Shown: positions 35,591 to 43,927, counted from the stretch's first letter. The stretch is 64,000 bases of DNA from a bacterium (GCA_026705465.1 JAPPAP010000017.1:6100-70099); one strand, 5' to 3'. The notes: generated by a model not told the origin, from the sequence alone. Program-made: numbers and translations.

Positions 35591-36130
35591 ATGGAAACCA
35601 CCACCATCCTGCTGCCCACTGGCGAGGTAAACGAGCCGGCTCAGCCGCTGGCCATTCGCAAAGACTCTCTGGCCGGCGCGGTGGTGGGCATCATCGACAA
35701 CGACATGTGGCGGTCGATGGCCATCATGGCCGACGAGCTGTCCCGCCAACTCGTGGACCGGGCCGGGGCGGCCGGGGTAGTCGTGAGGGCCAGTGGCCCC
35801 ATGCACGGCGCCGACCCGGAGCAGTATCAGCAGGAGATGGAGGCGTTCCACGCCGAAGTCGATGCGGTGATCAGCGGATTGGGCAATTGAGGATCATGCA
35901 CGGCGTGGTGTATCCACGCCAGCAGCACGCTGGAAGCAATGGGAACCCCGGCAGTGGGCCTGGTGACCGAGCAATTCCGGGGCCTGGCCGAGGCCACGGC
36001 CCGGGGGCTGCGGGTGGACAACCAGCCCATCATCGTTCTGCCGTCGGGCTACGACGAGTGGTCGGAGGATGACATCAGGGCCGACATCGCATCCCGCCTC
36101 GACGACATCGTGGACGCCCTAGTGGCATGA
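35591..36130 (+). CDS. UGSC-motif (seleno)protein: 179 codons with in-frame TGA (35888-35890) read as selenocysteine
   Basis: AAGGAG lies 7 nt upstream of ATG 35591. ORFs 35591-35890 and 35939-36130 are in the same frame. Read-through gives ...ISGLGN-U-GSCTAWCIHASSTLEAMGTP.... A hairpin follows immediately downstream. Confidence 0.7.
35897..35924 (+). other. Candidate bacterial SECIS hairpin for the UGSC gene
   Basis: The upper stem GGCGTGG (35902-35908) pairs with CCACGCC (35914-35920), with loop TGTAT. The lower stem TGC (35897-35899) pairs with GCA (35922-35924) across a small internal loop. The apical loop lies about 20 nt after the TGA. Confidence 0.55.
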
Positions 36131-37182
36131 CCCAACGGGTCACAGTTGAAGGCGGCACCGACGAGGTAGAGGCCTATCTGCGAGAGCGGGGAATGACCGA
36201 TGGACTTCCCATCGTTCCCCCCACCCCCGGGCGGGTTGCGGCCGCAGTCGCCGCTTCTGGACTGCCCGCCGACCATGTGGTGAGCGACATCGCCCCGCTG
36301 AACGCGCCGGCCACCGTAGAGAAGATTGCAGTCAACGCGGTGATGGCCGGATGCTCTCCGGAGGTGATGCCGGTGCTCGTCGCCGCCATCGACGCCTTCT
36401 GCGACCCCCAGATGAACGCCCATGGCGTGCAGACCACCACCAACCCGGTGGGGCCGATGCTGGTGGTGAACGGCCCGATTCGCAATCGGCTGGGCTTCAA
36501 CTACGGCGCCGGGTGCTTCGGGCCGGGGTCGCACACCAACGCCACCGTGGGCCGGGCCCTTCGGCTGGCCCTGGTGAATATCGGCGGGGCTATTCCTGGT
36601 GACGTGGACAAGGCGCCGCTGGGCTGGCCCGGCAAGGCCACCTCGCTGTGCGTGGCCGAGAATGAGGAGGCCTCCCCGTACTCGCCGTATCACACCGAAG
36701 CTGGGTTCGATGCCGACGACGACGTGGTAACGGTGCTGGCCGTCAACGGAATGTGGCCCATCACCGACATGCACCACGAACCCGACCAGGTGCTGCACCA
36801 CGTGACCCGCGGGCTGGCCACCAGCGGGCCGTGCGGCGGCCACGACGCCCCCAATCCCTTCCCAACGGTGCTGGTGATGAGCCCGGTCATCGCCGAGATG
36901 GTGGCCAGCGTGCTGCCCACCAAACAGGAGCTGCGAGAGCACCTGTTCGCCGAGGCCCGGGTGCCGCTGGACTTCTACCCCCCGTACCGGCACCAGCCCA
37001 CCCGAGATGTGCTCGAGAATCTCGGGGTGGCCATTGAGAACGACCGGGTGCCCATCGTGCTCTCTCCCGATCACTTCGTGATCCTGGTGGCCGGTGGTGC
37101 GGGCGGGCTTCAGTCAGCGGGGCTGTCGTGCATGCTGGGCATGCCTACCAGCCGGGCGGTCGCAACCGGCTCGGCGGCTTAG
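36127..37182 (+). CDS. Conserved hypothetical protein, translationally coupled to the UGSC gene
   Basis: The ATG overlaps the UGSC gene stop (ATGA at 36127-36130). The 351-aa ORF has normal composition and contains ...MTDGLPIVPPTPGRV... and ...AVMAGCSPEVMP.... I do not recognise a family. Confidence 0.65.
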   Translation: MTQRVTVEGGTDEVEAYLRERGMTDGLPIVPPTPGRVAAAVAASGLPADHVVSDIAPLNAPATVEKIAVNAVMAGCSPEVMPVLVAAIDAFCDPQMNAHGVQTTTNPVGPMLVVNGPIRNRLGFNYGAGCFGPGSHTNATVGRALRLALVNIGGAIPGDVDKAPLGWPGKATSLCVAENEEASPYSPYHTEAGFDADDDVVTVLAVNGMWPITDMHHEPDQVLHHVTRGLATSGPCGGHDAPNPFPTVLVMSPVIAEMVASVLPTKQELREHLFAEARVPLDFYPPYRHQPTRDVLENLGVAIENDRVPIVLSPDHFVILVAGGAGGLQSAGLSCMLGMPTSRAVATGSAA

Positions 37183-37191
37183 CTGAAGGAG

Positions 37192-37464
37192 CTAGTGGAC
37201 CTCAAGGCCGAGTTGCTCAAAAATCTCAGCCCGGCGCTGCTCGTAGGTCTCCTCGTCCATCCCCCCGGCCTGGTACTTCTCGCTCAGCAGGCGAAAGTCC
37301 TCGTACAGCTCGGCTTCTGACTTTCCGTTTGAGGAGGGAGCCTCTACTTCTTCCTCGAAGGGAACCTCAAGCTTGCCGTGACGGCGGGCCTGCTTGGCCG
37401 CAGCCCGCTCGCGCTTGTTCTTCTCTCGCTGTCGCTTCTGAAAGCTCTCTGATCCTCGACCCAT
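37192..37464 (-). CDS. Small protein with a basic N-terminus and a SHOCT-like C-terminus
   Basis: 90 aa, beginning MGRGSESFQKRQREKNKRERAAAKQARR. The C-terminal ...YQAGGMDEETYEQRRAEIFEQLGL resembles the SHOCT short C-terminal domain. Confidence 0.5.
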   Translation of the reverse strand: MGRGSESFQKRQREKNKRERAAAKQARRHGKLEVPFEEEVEAPSSNGKSEAELYEDFRLLSEKYQAGGMDEETYEQRRAEIFEQLGLEVH

Positions 37465-37551
37465 GGCAATCCCTAGTCAGACGTTGAATGCGCAGAAATA
37501 CCATTGTACGCCCTCCCTAGGGCTTTCTGGCACATTTCCGACCGGCGGCAG

Positions 37552-38367
37552 TCAGGCGATAAATCGGTCCGCGAACCGCCGAAGCGAATCAACCGCCTTG
37601 CTGGTGCTTTCCCACGGGGTGACCACCAGACGGTGGGCGCCGGCGTCCTCCCACCGACGCAGATCGTCGAATGATTCACAGCGGCCCTGGGCGGTGATTT
37701 CGATGTCGGGAGCGCCCAGCTCAGCAAGGCGATCGGCCGCGGTCCGAACCGACTCAAAAGTGTCGCCCATGCCCATCCAGCCCTGGAATCGGGCGGCCCG
37801 GCGCAAGGCGGCATCTGACAACCCGCCCACCAAGACCGGAGGATGGGGCTGTTGCACCGGCTTGGGCTCGAACGCCACCGGCTCGAAGTCGTAGAACTCG
37901 CCGTGGTGCTCCACCTCGGGCTCGGTCCAGAGCCGCACGCACACGTCCAAGGCCTCGTCGAGACGGCGGCCCCGGGTGCGGGGGTCCATACCGGTAGCGG
38001 TCCACTCGTTGCGCAGCCACCCCGCCCCCACGCCGACCAGCGCCCGCCCGTTGCTGACGTGGTCCAAGGTGGCGAAGCCCCGGGCGGTGGTGAACGGGTG
38101 GCGCAAGCCGACCAGGTACACGTACACCCCGAGGTTGATGCGGGTGGTGAGCCCTGCCAGGTACGACAGATAGGCCGTGGCGTCGAACACCGGCACCGTC
38201 GGAGGCACGTTGGGGTGATCGACGTCGCCCAGCGAGCCCTCCATCTCAACCGGGAACACCAGATGGTCGGCGATCCAGCACGACTCGAACCCGGCTTCGT
38301 CGGCGGCCTGAGCCACCTCCACCCATGCCCCCGGGTGCAGCGAGATGAAGGGGAACCCGAACTTCAC
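37552..38367 (-). CDS. LLM-class F420-dependent oxidoreductase (Rv2161c-type)
   Basis: The sequence is MKFGFPFISLHPGAWVEVAQAADEAGFESCWIADHLVFP.... Confidence 0.85.
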   Translation of the reverse strand: MKFGFPFISLHPGAWVEVAQAADEAGFESCWIADHLVFPVEMEGSLGDVDHPNVPPTVPVFDATAYLSYLAGLTTRINLGVYVYLVGLRHPFTTARGFATLDHVSNGRALVGVGAGWLRNEWTATGMDPRTRGRRLDEALDVCVRLWTEPEVEHHGEFYDFEPVAFEPKPVQQPHPPVLVGGLSDAALRRAARFQGWMGMGDTFESVRTAADRLAELGAPDIEITAQGRCESFDDLRRWEDAGAHRLVVTPWESTSKAVDSLRRFADRFIA

Positions 38368-38399
38368 CCTCCTGACGCTACAGCGAGCCCTACGATGGC

Positions 38400-39170
38400 T
38401 TGGCCATCAGGAAATGGAGAAGGATTCTGGACCGCAAATTCGCCGCAGCGACCCTGAACAGCCTGGGCCTCGACCCCGACGCCCGGCTGCTGGCGGTGTG
38501 CGCTGGCACCGAGGACTGGGAGCTGCTGTCGTCGCTGGGATTCACCAATGTGGTGGTGTCCAACCTCGACGAGGCGTGCGCCCTGCTGGTGCCCGACGGC
38601 GTTTGGTCGTACCAGGACGCCCAGTCGCTGACCTTTGACGACCGCTCCTTCGACTGGGTGTTCGTGTCTGAGGGGCTGCACCACTGCCGCTCCCCCCACC
38701 GGGCACTGGGAGAGATGTACCGGGTGTGCCGAGAGGGGATTGTGGCCATCGAAGCCCGCGACAGCGCGCTGATGAGACTGGCCGTCCGAGTGGGCATGGC
38801 CGACGCTTACGAACTCGCCGCGGTAACCGACCATGGGTTCCGCACCGGCGGGTTGGACAACACCAGCGTGCCCAACCACGTCTACCGCTGGACAGAGGCC
38901 GAAGTGGTGAAGACCCTGCGGTCCTACGACCCCACCGGCGAGCCCCGCATCGAGTTCCGCCACGGCCTGCGCCTTCCCACCGCCGAGGCCACCGGCCGTC
39001 GCCGACGCTTGGCCGGAAAGCTGGCCAAGCCCGTGCTGCGAGTGCTTTGCGCCGTGTTCAAGCGCCAGTCCAACCAACTAGCTGTCATCGCCCGCCGCCC
39101 CACCGAGTTGTACCCCTGGCTGCATCGAGTAGAGGGCCGAATCCAGTTCAACCCCGACTATTCGAGGTAG
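38400..39170 (+). CDS. Class I SAM-dependent methyltransferase
   Basis: The sequences are ...LLAVCAGTEDWELL...FDWVFVSEGLHHCRSPHRALGEMYRVCREGIVAIE (Methyltransf_11-like). Confidence 0.8.
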   Translation: MAIRKWRRILDRKFAAATLNSLGLDPDARLLAVCAGTEDWELLSSLGFTNVVVSNLDEACALLVPDGVWSYQDAQSLTFDDRSFDWVFVSEGLHHCRSPHRALGEMYRVCREGIVAIEARDSALMRLAVRVGMADAYELAAVTDHGFRTGGLDNTSVPNHVYRWTEAEVVKTLRSYDPTGEPRIEFRHGLRLPTAEATGRRRRLAGKLAKPVLRVLCAVFKRQSNQLAVIARRPTELYPWLHRVEGRIQFNPDYSR

Positions 39171-39208
39171 TCGCGGACACGGAGAAACCGGTAAACTGCG
39201 TCGTTCCT

Positions 39209-39284
39209 GCCCCGTTCGTCTAGAGGCCTAGGACGCCAGATTCTCAATCTGGTAACACGGGTTCGAATCCCGTACGGGGTGCCA
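39209..39284 (+). tRNA. tRNA-Glu (anticodon CTC), CCA encoded
   Basis: The acceptor stem is GCCCCGT/ACGGGGT, the anticodon stem-loop is CCAGA-TTCTCAA-TCTGG and the T-arm is ACGGG-TTCGAAT-CCCGT. The 3-prime end is GCCA. Confidence 0.9.
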
Positions 39285-39321
39285 CTACTGCGGACGAGCT
39301 TGCACGGGTATACTTCACAGT

Positions 39322-39543
39322 ATGCCTGATTCGACTACCATTAAGGTCTCCTTGCGGACTCGGGATGCTTTGCGTCAGCTCGCCGATCGAGAAGGGCTCA
39401 CATTCGACGCCCAGCTCGAGAAGATGATCCGACGGGAGCGCCGTCGCATCATCGGGGCTCAGCTAGCGGGTGCCCCACTCGATGCTGATGACGAGGCAGT
39501 GCTCGATGCGTCGGCAAGCGACGTTGCTGATGCAAGCGGGTGA
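39322..39543 (+). CDS. mazE: Type II antitoxin (ribbon-helix-helix, MazE-like)
   Basis: 73 aa, with TTIKVSLRTRDALRQLADREG (RHH-like). It overlaps the downstream MazF-like gene. Confidence 0.7.
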   Translation: MPDSTTIKVSLRTRDALRQLADREGLTFDAQLEKMIRRERRRIIGAQLAGAPLDADDEAVLDASASDVADASG

Positions 39544-39844
39544 CATCGTTCGCTGCGACTTCGGGACACCGGCGAGGGGTGAGCCGGGGTTTATCCGCCC
39601 GGCGATCATTATCACCTCCGATGATGTGCTGGAGTTCCGGCAACACGCGATCGTGGTCGTACCCTGCACGACAACGAAGCGGGGATGGTTGAGCGAGGTG
39701 GCCATAGAGGGATTCGGCGTCGCCCAGGCCCACCTGCCGATGACCATTAGTGTCGACCGCGTCGTCGAGACGACAGGAACGAACGTCGGCTTCGTCGCGC
39801 TTCAACAGATCCGAGAACTCATCGCCGATCTTCTCGGCCTTTGA
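39530..39844 (+). CDS. mazF: Type II toxin, MazF/PemK endoribonuclease family
   Basis: The sequence MQAGDIVRCDFGTPARGEPGFIRPAIIITSD...VVPCTTT...GVAQAHLPMTISVDRVV... is the MazF pattern. The start at 39530 lies inside ORF 39470-39844. Confidence 0.8.
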   Translation: MQAGDIVRCDFGTPARGEPGFIRPAIIITSDDVLEFRQHAIVVVPCTTTKRGWLSEVAIEGFGVAQAHLPMTISVDRVVETTGTNVGFVALQQIRELIADLLGL

Positions 39845-39854
39845 CCTATCCACA

Positions 39855-41129
39855 TCAGGCAGCCGGGGCTCTTCGGTGCTGATGCCTGACCGCGAATAGT
39901 TGGCAGGCCATGCCGGCGGTGCCGTAGGAGAGGTAGCCGATGCCGACGGGGGTGACGGTGCCGCTGATGGCTTGGTTGATGAGTTCGGCCAGTCCGGCGC
40001 CGATCAGCATCATGGTGAAGCCGAGCACCGCGGCGGCGGTGCCCGCCATCTCGCCCATGGGTTCGAGCGCAAGGCTCTGGCCCAGTGGAAAAAACGCCAC
40101 CATGCAGGCATTGGCCAAGCTGAAGATGGTGATCCACAGAATGAATGGCGGCCTTCCTTCGGCGGTCAGAGCCAGGCCCAGCATGGCGCTGGCCGCACAG
40201 ATTTGTAGGCCGCCGGCGCTGAGCGCCACCGAGCGGGCCCGAAATCGGTGCAGCGCCCGGTTGTTGAGCAGGGTCACCAGGCCCATGCCAGCGGCCATGA
40301 TCGAGAAGTAGGGGACGAACCAGCGCTCCTGGTCGAAGACATCACCAAAGATCAACTCGGAGCTGGCCAGGAACGAGAAGAAGGCGCCTGCGCAGAACAT
40401 GCTGGCCAGGGTGTAGCCGAGCGTCACTGGGTGGGTGGTTACCGACCGGAACCCGGCCATCGTTGACCGGAAAGTAAGCGGTCGCCGATGCTCGGGCTTC
40501 AGCGTCTCCTCCAGTCGCAGCGACCAAGCGATGATCACCACGGCGGTGAACACGCTGAAGACCATCACATACCGCCACGAACCCAGTTCCACTAAGCGCT
40601 CTCCCAGCGGCGGACCGGCCACCGGAGCCCAGAAGAACACCGCCATGACCAGGGTCATCACGCGGGCCATGGCGTCGCCGGAGTAGTAGTCCCGCACGAT
40701 GGCCTGCGCCGCCGTTCGGGGGCCGGCCGCGGCGAAACCCCAAATGAAGCGGCTCACGTAGAGCATGCCCAATGTCACCGACAGGGTGGCCATCAGCGAC
40801 GCCAGGCCGTACAACACCATGCTTCCGACGAGGATCCTCTTTCGACCCAGAGCGTCGGCCATGGGGCCGTAGACCAGGTTGCCGATGCCCGACCCAACGA
40901 AGAACAGCGTGATGGTCAGCGACAGGCCGGTGGAGTCCTCCGGCAGGTTGAACGCATCTCTCATGGCTGAGAACGCTGGGAGCAGGGTGTCGATGGCCAG
41001 AGCCGACACGGCGCTGATCATGGCGATGAAGAGGATGAACTCACGTTCGCCCAAACGGCGGCCAGTGTCAGTGGATGCGGGAGCGCTCACACCGGCCGAC
41101 TTCTCATAACGGCGTAGCCTGTCCGCCAT
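39855..41129 (-). CDS. MFS transporter (Bcr/CflA drug-resistance subfamily-like)
   Basis: 12-TM-type protein with the ...GPMADALGRKRIL... motif A. Confidence 0.85.
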   Translation of the reverse strand: MADRLRRYEKSAGVSAPASTDTGRRLGEREFILFIAMISAVSALAIDTLLPAFSAMRDAFNLPEDSTGLSLTITLFFVGSGIGNLVYGPMADALGRKRILVGSMVLYGLASLMATLSVTLGMLYVSRFIWGFAAAGPRTAAQAIVRDYYSGDAMARVMTLVMAVFFWAPVAGPPLGERLVELGSWRYVMVFSVFTAVVIIAWSLRLEETLKPEHRRPLTFRSTMAGFRSVTTHPVTLGYTLASMFCAGAFFSFLASSELIFGDVFDQERWFVPYFSIMAAGMGLVTLLNNRALHRFRARSVALSAGGLQICAASAMLGLALTAEGRPPFILWITIFSLANACMVAFFPLGQSLALEPMGEMAGTAAAVLGFTMMLIGAGLAELINQAISGTVTPVGIGYLSYGTAGMACQLFAVRHQHRRAPAA

Positions 41130-41194
41130 ATGGAGATGAAGTCAAAGGAGTATCGCCAACCAACTTTGGTGATCAGGGGAGTTCTAGACACGAA

Positions 41195-41965
41195 ATGGCC
41201 AAGGAAATGACAGCGTTGGAAGGCAAGGTGGCGCTGGTTACCGGCGCGGCCCGGGGTCTTGGTGCGGAGATCGTGCACCGCATGGTGGCGGCCGGTGCCT
41301 TGGTGACCGCTGCTGACAAGCGAGTGGACGACGGGGCCGCAGCAGCTGCTGAGGCGGGGGCCGAGTTCTTCGAGTTGGACGTGACCGACGCCGAGCATTG
41401 GGCCGGTGCGGTAGATGCGGCCGCTGCTGCTGGCCGCCTCGACATCTTGGTCAACAATGCGGCGATAACAAGGGTGGTCCCAATCTTGGACTGCGACCCC
41501 GCTGATTTCCGCAAGGTGATCGACACCAACCTGGTTGGCACTTTCCTGGGCATCCAGGCCGTCGCGCCGGCCATGGCGTCGAGCGGGGGAGGGTCCATCG
41601 TAAATCTGAGTTCGCCCAGCGCGTTCGAGGGCACGGTGGGGATGCCGGCCTACTCCACCTCAAAGTGGGGCATCCGGGGGCTGACCCGCACCGCGGCCCT
41701 TGAGCTGGCCGATCTTGGAATTCGAGTCAACACCGTGGTGCCCGGTCCCCTTAGGACCGCGATGACCCGTCGGCCCGGCTGGGAAGACGAGGACTACGAG
41801 CGCCACTACGGGGCCACCGTGCCGTTGCGGCGCATGGCCGACCTCGGAGAGGTGGCCGACCTGGTGGTCTGGTTGGCCTCCGACCAAGCCTCTTACTGCA
41901 CCGGCGGCGACTACGCCGCCGACGGCGGCTTGGGAGCAGGCACGCCTGCGCCTTTCTCGGACTAG
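41195..41965 (+). CDS. SDR family oxidoreductase (hydroxysteroid dehydrogenase-like)
   Basis: The motifs TGAARGLG and YSTSK are present. The start at 41195 lies inside ORF 41075-41965. Confidence 0.9.
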   Translation: MAKEMTALEGKVALVTGAARGLGAEIVHRMVAAGALVTAADKRVDDGAAAAAEAGAEFFELDVTDAEHWAGAVDAAAAAGRLDILVNNAAITRVVPILDCDPADFRKVIDTNLVGTFLGIQAVAPAMASSGGGSIVNLSSPSAFEGTVGMPAYSTSKWGIRGLTRTAALELADLGIRVNTVVPGPLRTAMTRRPGWEDEDYERHYGATVPLRRMADLGEVADLVVWLASDQASYCTGGDYAADGGLGAGTPAPFSD

Positions 41966-42015
41966 CGCGCGAGACTTACGCCGACCACGAGACGACAGAG
42001 AAAACGGAGCAACCG

Positions 42016-42798
42016 ATGGGCCGTATGGACGGAAAAGTCGCGCTGGTGACCGGAGCGAGCGGCGGGATCGGCATGGCCACGCTGCGCCGGCTGGCCGGAG
42101 AGGGTGCCGCGGTGGTGGGTGTCGACCTCGTTAACGATAAGGGCGAGAAGTTGGTGGCCGAACTGACCGAGAGTGGGGCCCGGGCGGTGTACCAGCACTG
42201 CGATGTCTGCTCGCTGGAAGAAGTGACCGCCGCCGTGGAGCGAGCGGTGTCGGAATTCGGCCGTATCGATGTGCTGTTCAACAACGCGGCTACCAGCACC
42301 GGGGGTTACATCCCCGATCTCGATGCCGAGGGCTGGGACTCCAGCCTGCGGGTGATGCTTACCGCGGCCATGTACGGCATGAAGGCGGCCATCCCCCACA
42401 TGGCTGCCCAGGGAGGTGGCTCCATTGTCAGCACCTCGTCGATCTACGGGGTGGTGGCCTCTCCGGGCAACGCCCCTTACTGCACGGCCAAGGCCGGGCT
42501 CATAAACCTGACCCGCACTGCGGCAGTGGAATGGGGTCGCAAGAACATCCGGGTCAACGCCATTTGTCCCGGCGTGGTGGAGACGCCCATGTACGACGCG
42601 GTACTCGACATCGGCCTCAAGACCCATGAGGAGATCTCCGCAATGCACGCCTTGGGACGCACCATCCAGCCTGAGGAGATTGCCGACCTCGTGCTGTTCT
42701 TGGCTTCGGACGAGTCTTCGGCCATCACCGGCCAGGCCATCGTCATCGACGGCGGCCTGCTGTCCGAATGCAACTTGACCGGGGTGCCGCCGGCCTGA
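42016..42798 (+). CDS. SDR family oxidoreductase
   Basis: The motifs TGASGGIG, NNAA and YCTAK are present. Confidence 0.9.
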   Translation: MGRMDGKVALVTGASGGIGMATLRRLAGEGAAVVGVDLVNDKGEKLVAELTESGARAVYQHCDVCSLEEVTAAVERAVSEFGRIDVLFNNAATSTGGYIPDLDAEGWDSSLRVMLTAAMYGMKAAIPHMAAQGGGSIVSTSSIYGVVASPGNAPYCTAKAGLINLTRTAAVEWGRKNIRVNAICPGVVETPMYDAVLDIGLKTHEEISAMHALGRTIQPEEIADLVLFLASDESSAITGQAIVIDGGLLSECNLTGVPPA

Positions 42799-42801
42799 GG
42801 G

Positions 42802-42826
42802 GCCCGCCCCAAATTCAAGGGCGGGC
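42802..42826. terminator. Hairpin between convergent genes (GCCCGCCC-N9-GGGCGGGC)
   Basis: A perfect 8-bp GC stem at 42802-42809 / 42819-42826. It overlaps the stop (42815-42817) of the extended methyltransferase reading frame. Confidence 0.5.
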
Positions 42827-43882
42827 TTGGTAGATGATGTTGGCGTTGGTCTCGGTGACCCGCTCGAAGCTGGAGTAGCCAGCGGCGGTGAATACTTCCC
42901 GCATGGCGGCTTCGCCGGCTTGAGCGCCCATCCCCAACCCGACGGGTTGGGCCAGCGAGCATGGAATTCAAAACACCGCGGAGGCACCGTACGACGTGGC
43001 TGCCATCGGGTTCTCAGTCAGGTTGCGGACGTGGCCGTCCAGTGCGAACGGCTCCACCATAAGTACCGAACCCCCCTCGGCCAGCTGGCTGCGGGCGTGG
43101 GCGGCAATCCCCACCGGATCTCCCATGTCGTGGAGGCAGTCCAAGAAGAAGATCACGTCGTAGGGCCCCTGGTATCCCTTGGAATCGGCCACCTCGAAGG
43201 AGGCGTTGGCCACGCCAGCTTCGGCGGCCACCTCCCTGGCCTGTTCGATGGACGGGCCGTGGAAGTCGAAACCCGTGAAGTGGGATTCGGGGTAGGCCGA
43301 GGCCAGAATCTGCACCGAGTCGCCGCAGCCGCAGCCCACATCGGCCGCGGTGGCCCCGGCCCGGAGCTTCTCGTCGATGCCGTCGGCGGCCGGGATCCAC
43401 TCGTTGGCCAAGTACATCTCGTACTGGGGTCGGAAGAACCGGGCGGTGGAAGTGAACAGGCTGGGGTGGTGGTCACCCCAGGGCAAACCGCCGTCACCCC
43501 GGAAGGCGTCGAGGACTTCGTCCATGTCGGCAAACATCGCCCGAAACATGCCGATGCCCCCAGCCAAGAATGCGGGACTTGCCTCCCAGGCCAGCACCGC
43601 AGCAGCCTCATCGGTCAGCTGGAATGTGGCATCTTCATCGTCCTGGCCGTCTATCTCCACCAGCTCGACCGCAGCCTGCTGGCGCAGCCACTCGGTAACC
43701 AGGCGTGGATGGCAGCCCGTCGCCTCGGCCAAAGCCTCGGCAGTCATCGGCCCCGCCCCGGCCATGGCCTGATACAGACCCAGCTCGTCGCCGATGTGGA
43801 CCATGGCCATGGTGGTGGCCCCGGCCATGTGGGTGGCCACCTCCCCGGCCAGCTCGGTTACCCGGTCAACGTCGATGTCCAT
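42815..43882 (-). CDS. Class I SAM-dependent methyltransferase with an N-terminal wHTH dimerisation domain; predicted selenoprotein (in-frame TGA at 42968-42970)
   Basis: The ORF track stops at 42968. The same frame continues for 50 more codons (IPCSLAQPVGLGMGAQAGEAAMREVFTAAGYSSFERVTETNANIIYQARP) that look like the normal C-terminus of this family. A hairpin lies 17 nt after the TGA. The methyltransferase call itself is firm (confidence 0.9). Confidence 0.6.
42933..42951 (-). other. Candidate bacterial SECIS hairpin for the methyltransferase gene
   Basis: The mRNA sense reads CCCAACCC-GUC-GGGUUGGG, an 8-bp perfect stem, or a 7-bp stem with a CGUCG loop. It starts 17 nt after the UGA. Confidence 0.5.
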
Positions 43883-43927
43883 GTCAGTTCCTTCTCGGTG
43901 ATGTACCGGCTGGAACCCTAGTGGTGT

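Noticed and set aside
41075-41194. 40-codon N-terminal extension of the SDR gene overlapping the MFS transporter start
   Set aside because: The extension has no SDR homology and overlaps the divergent gene. ATG 41195 places the TGxxxGxG motif at the usual distance from the N-terminus.
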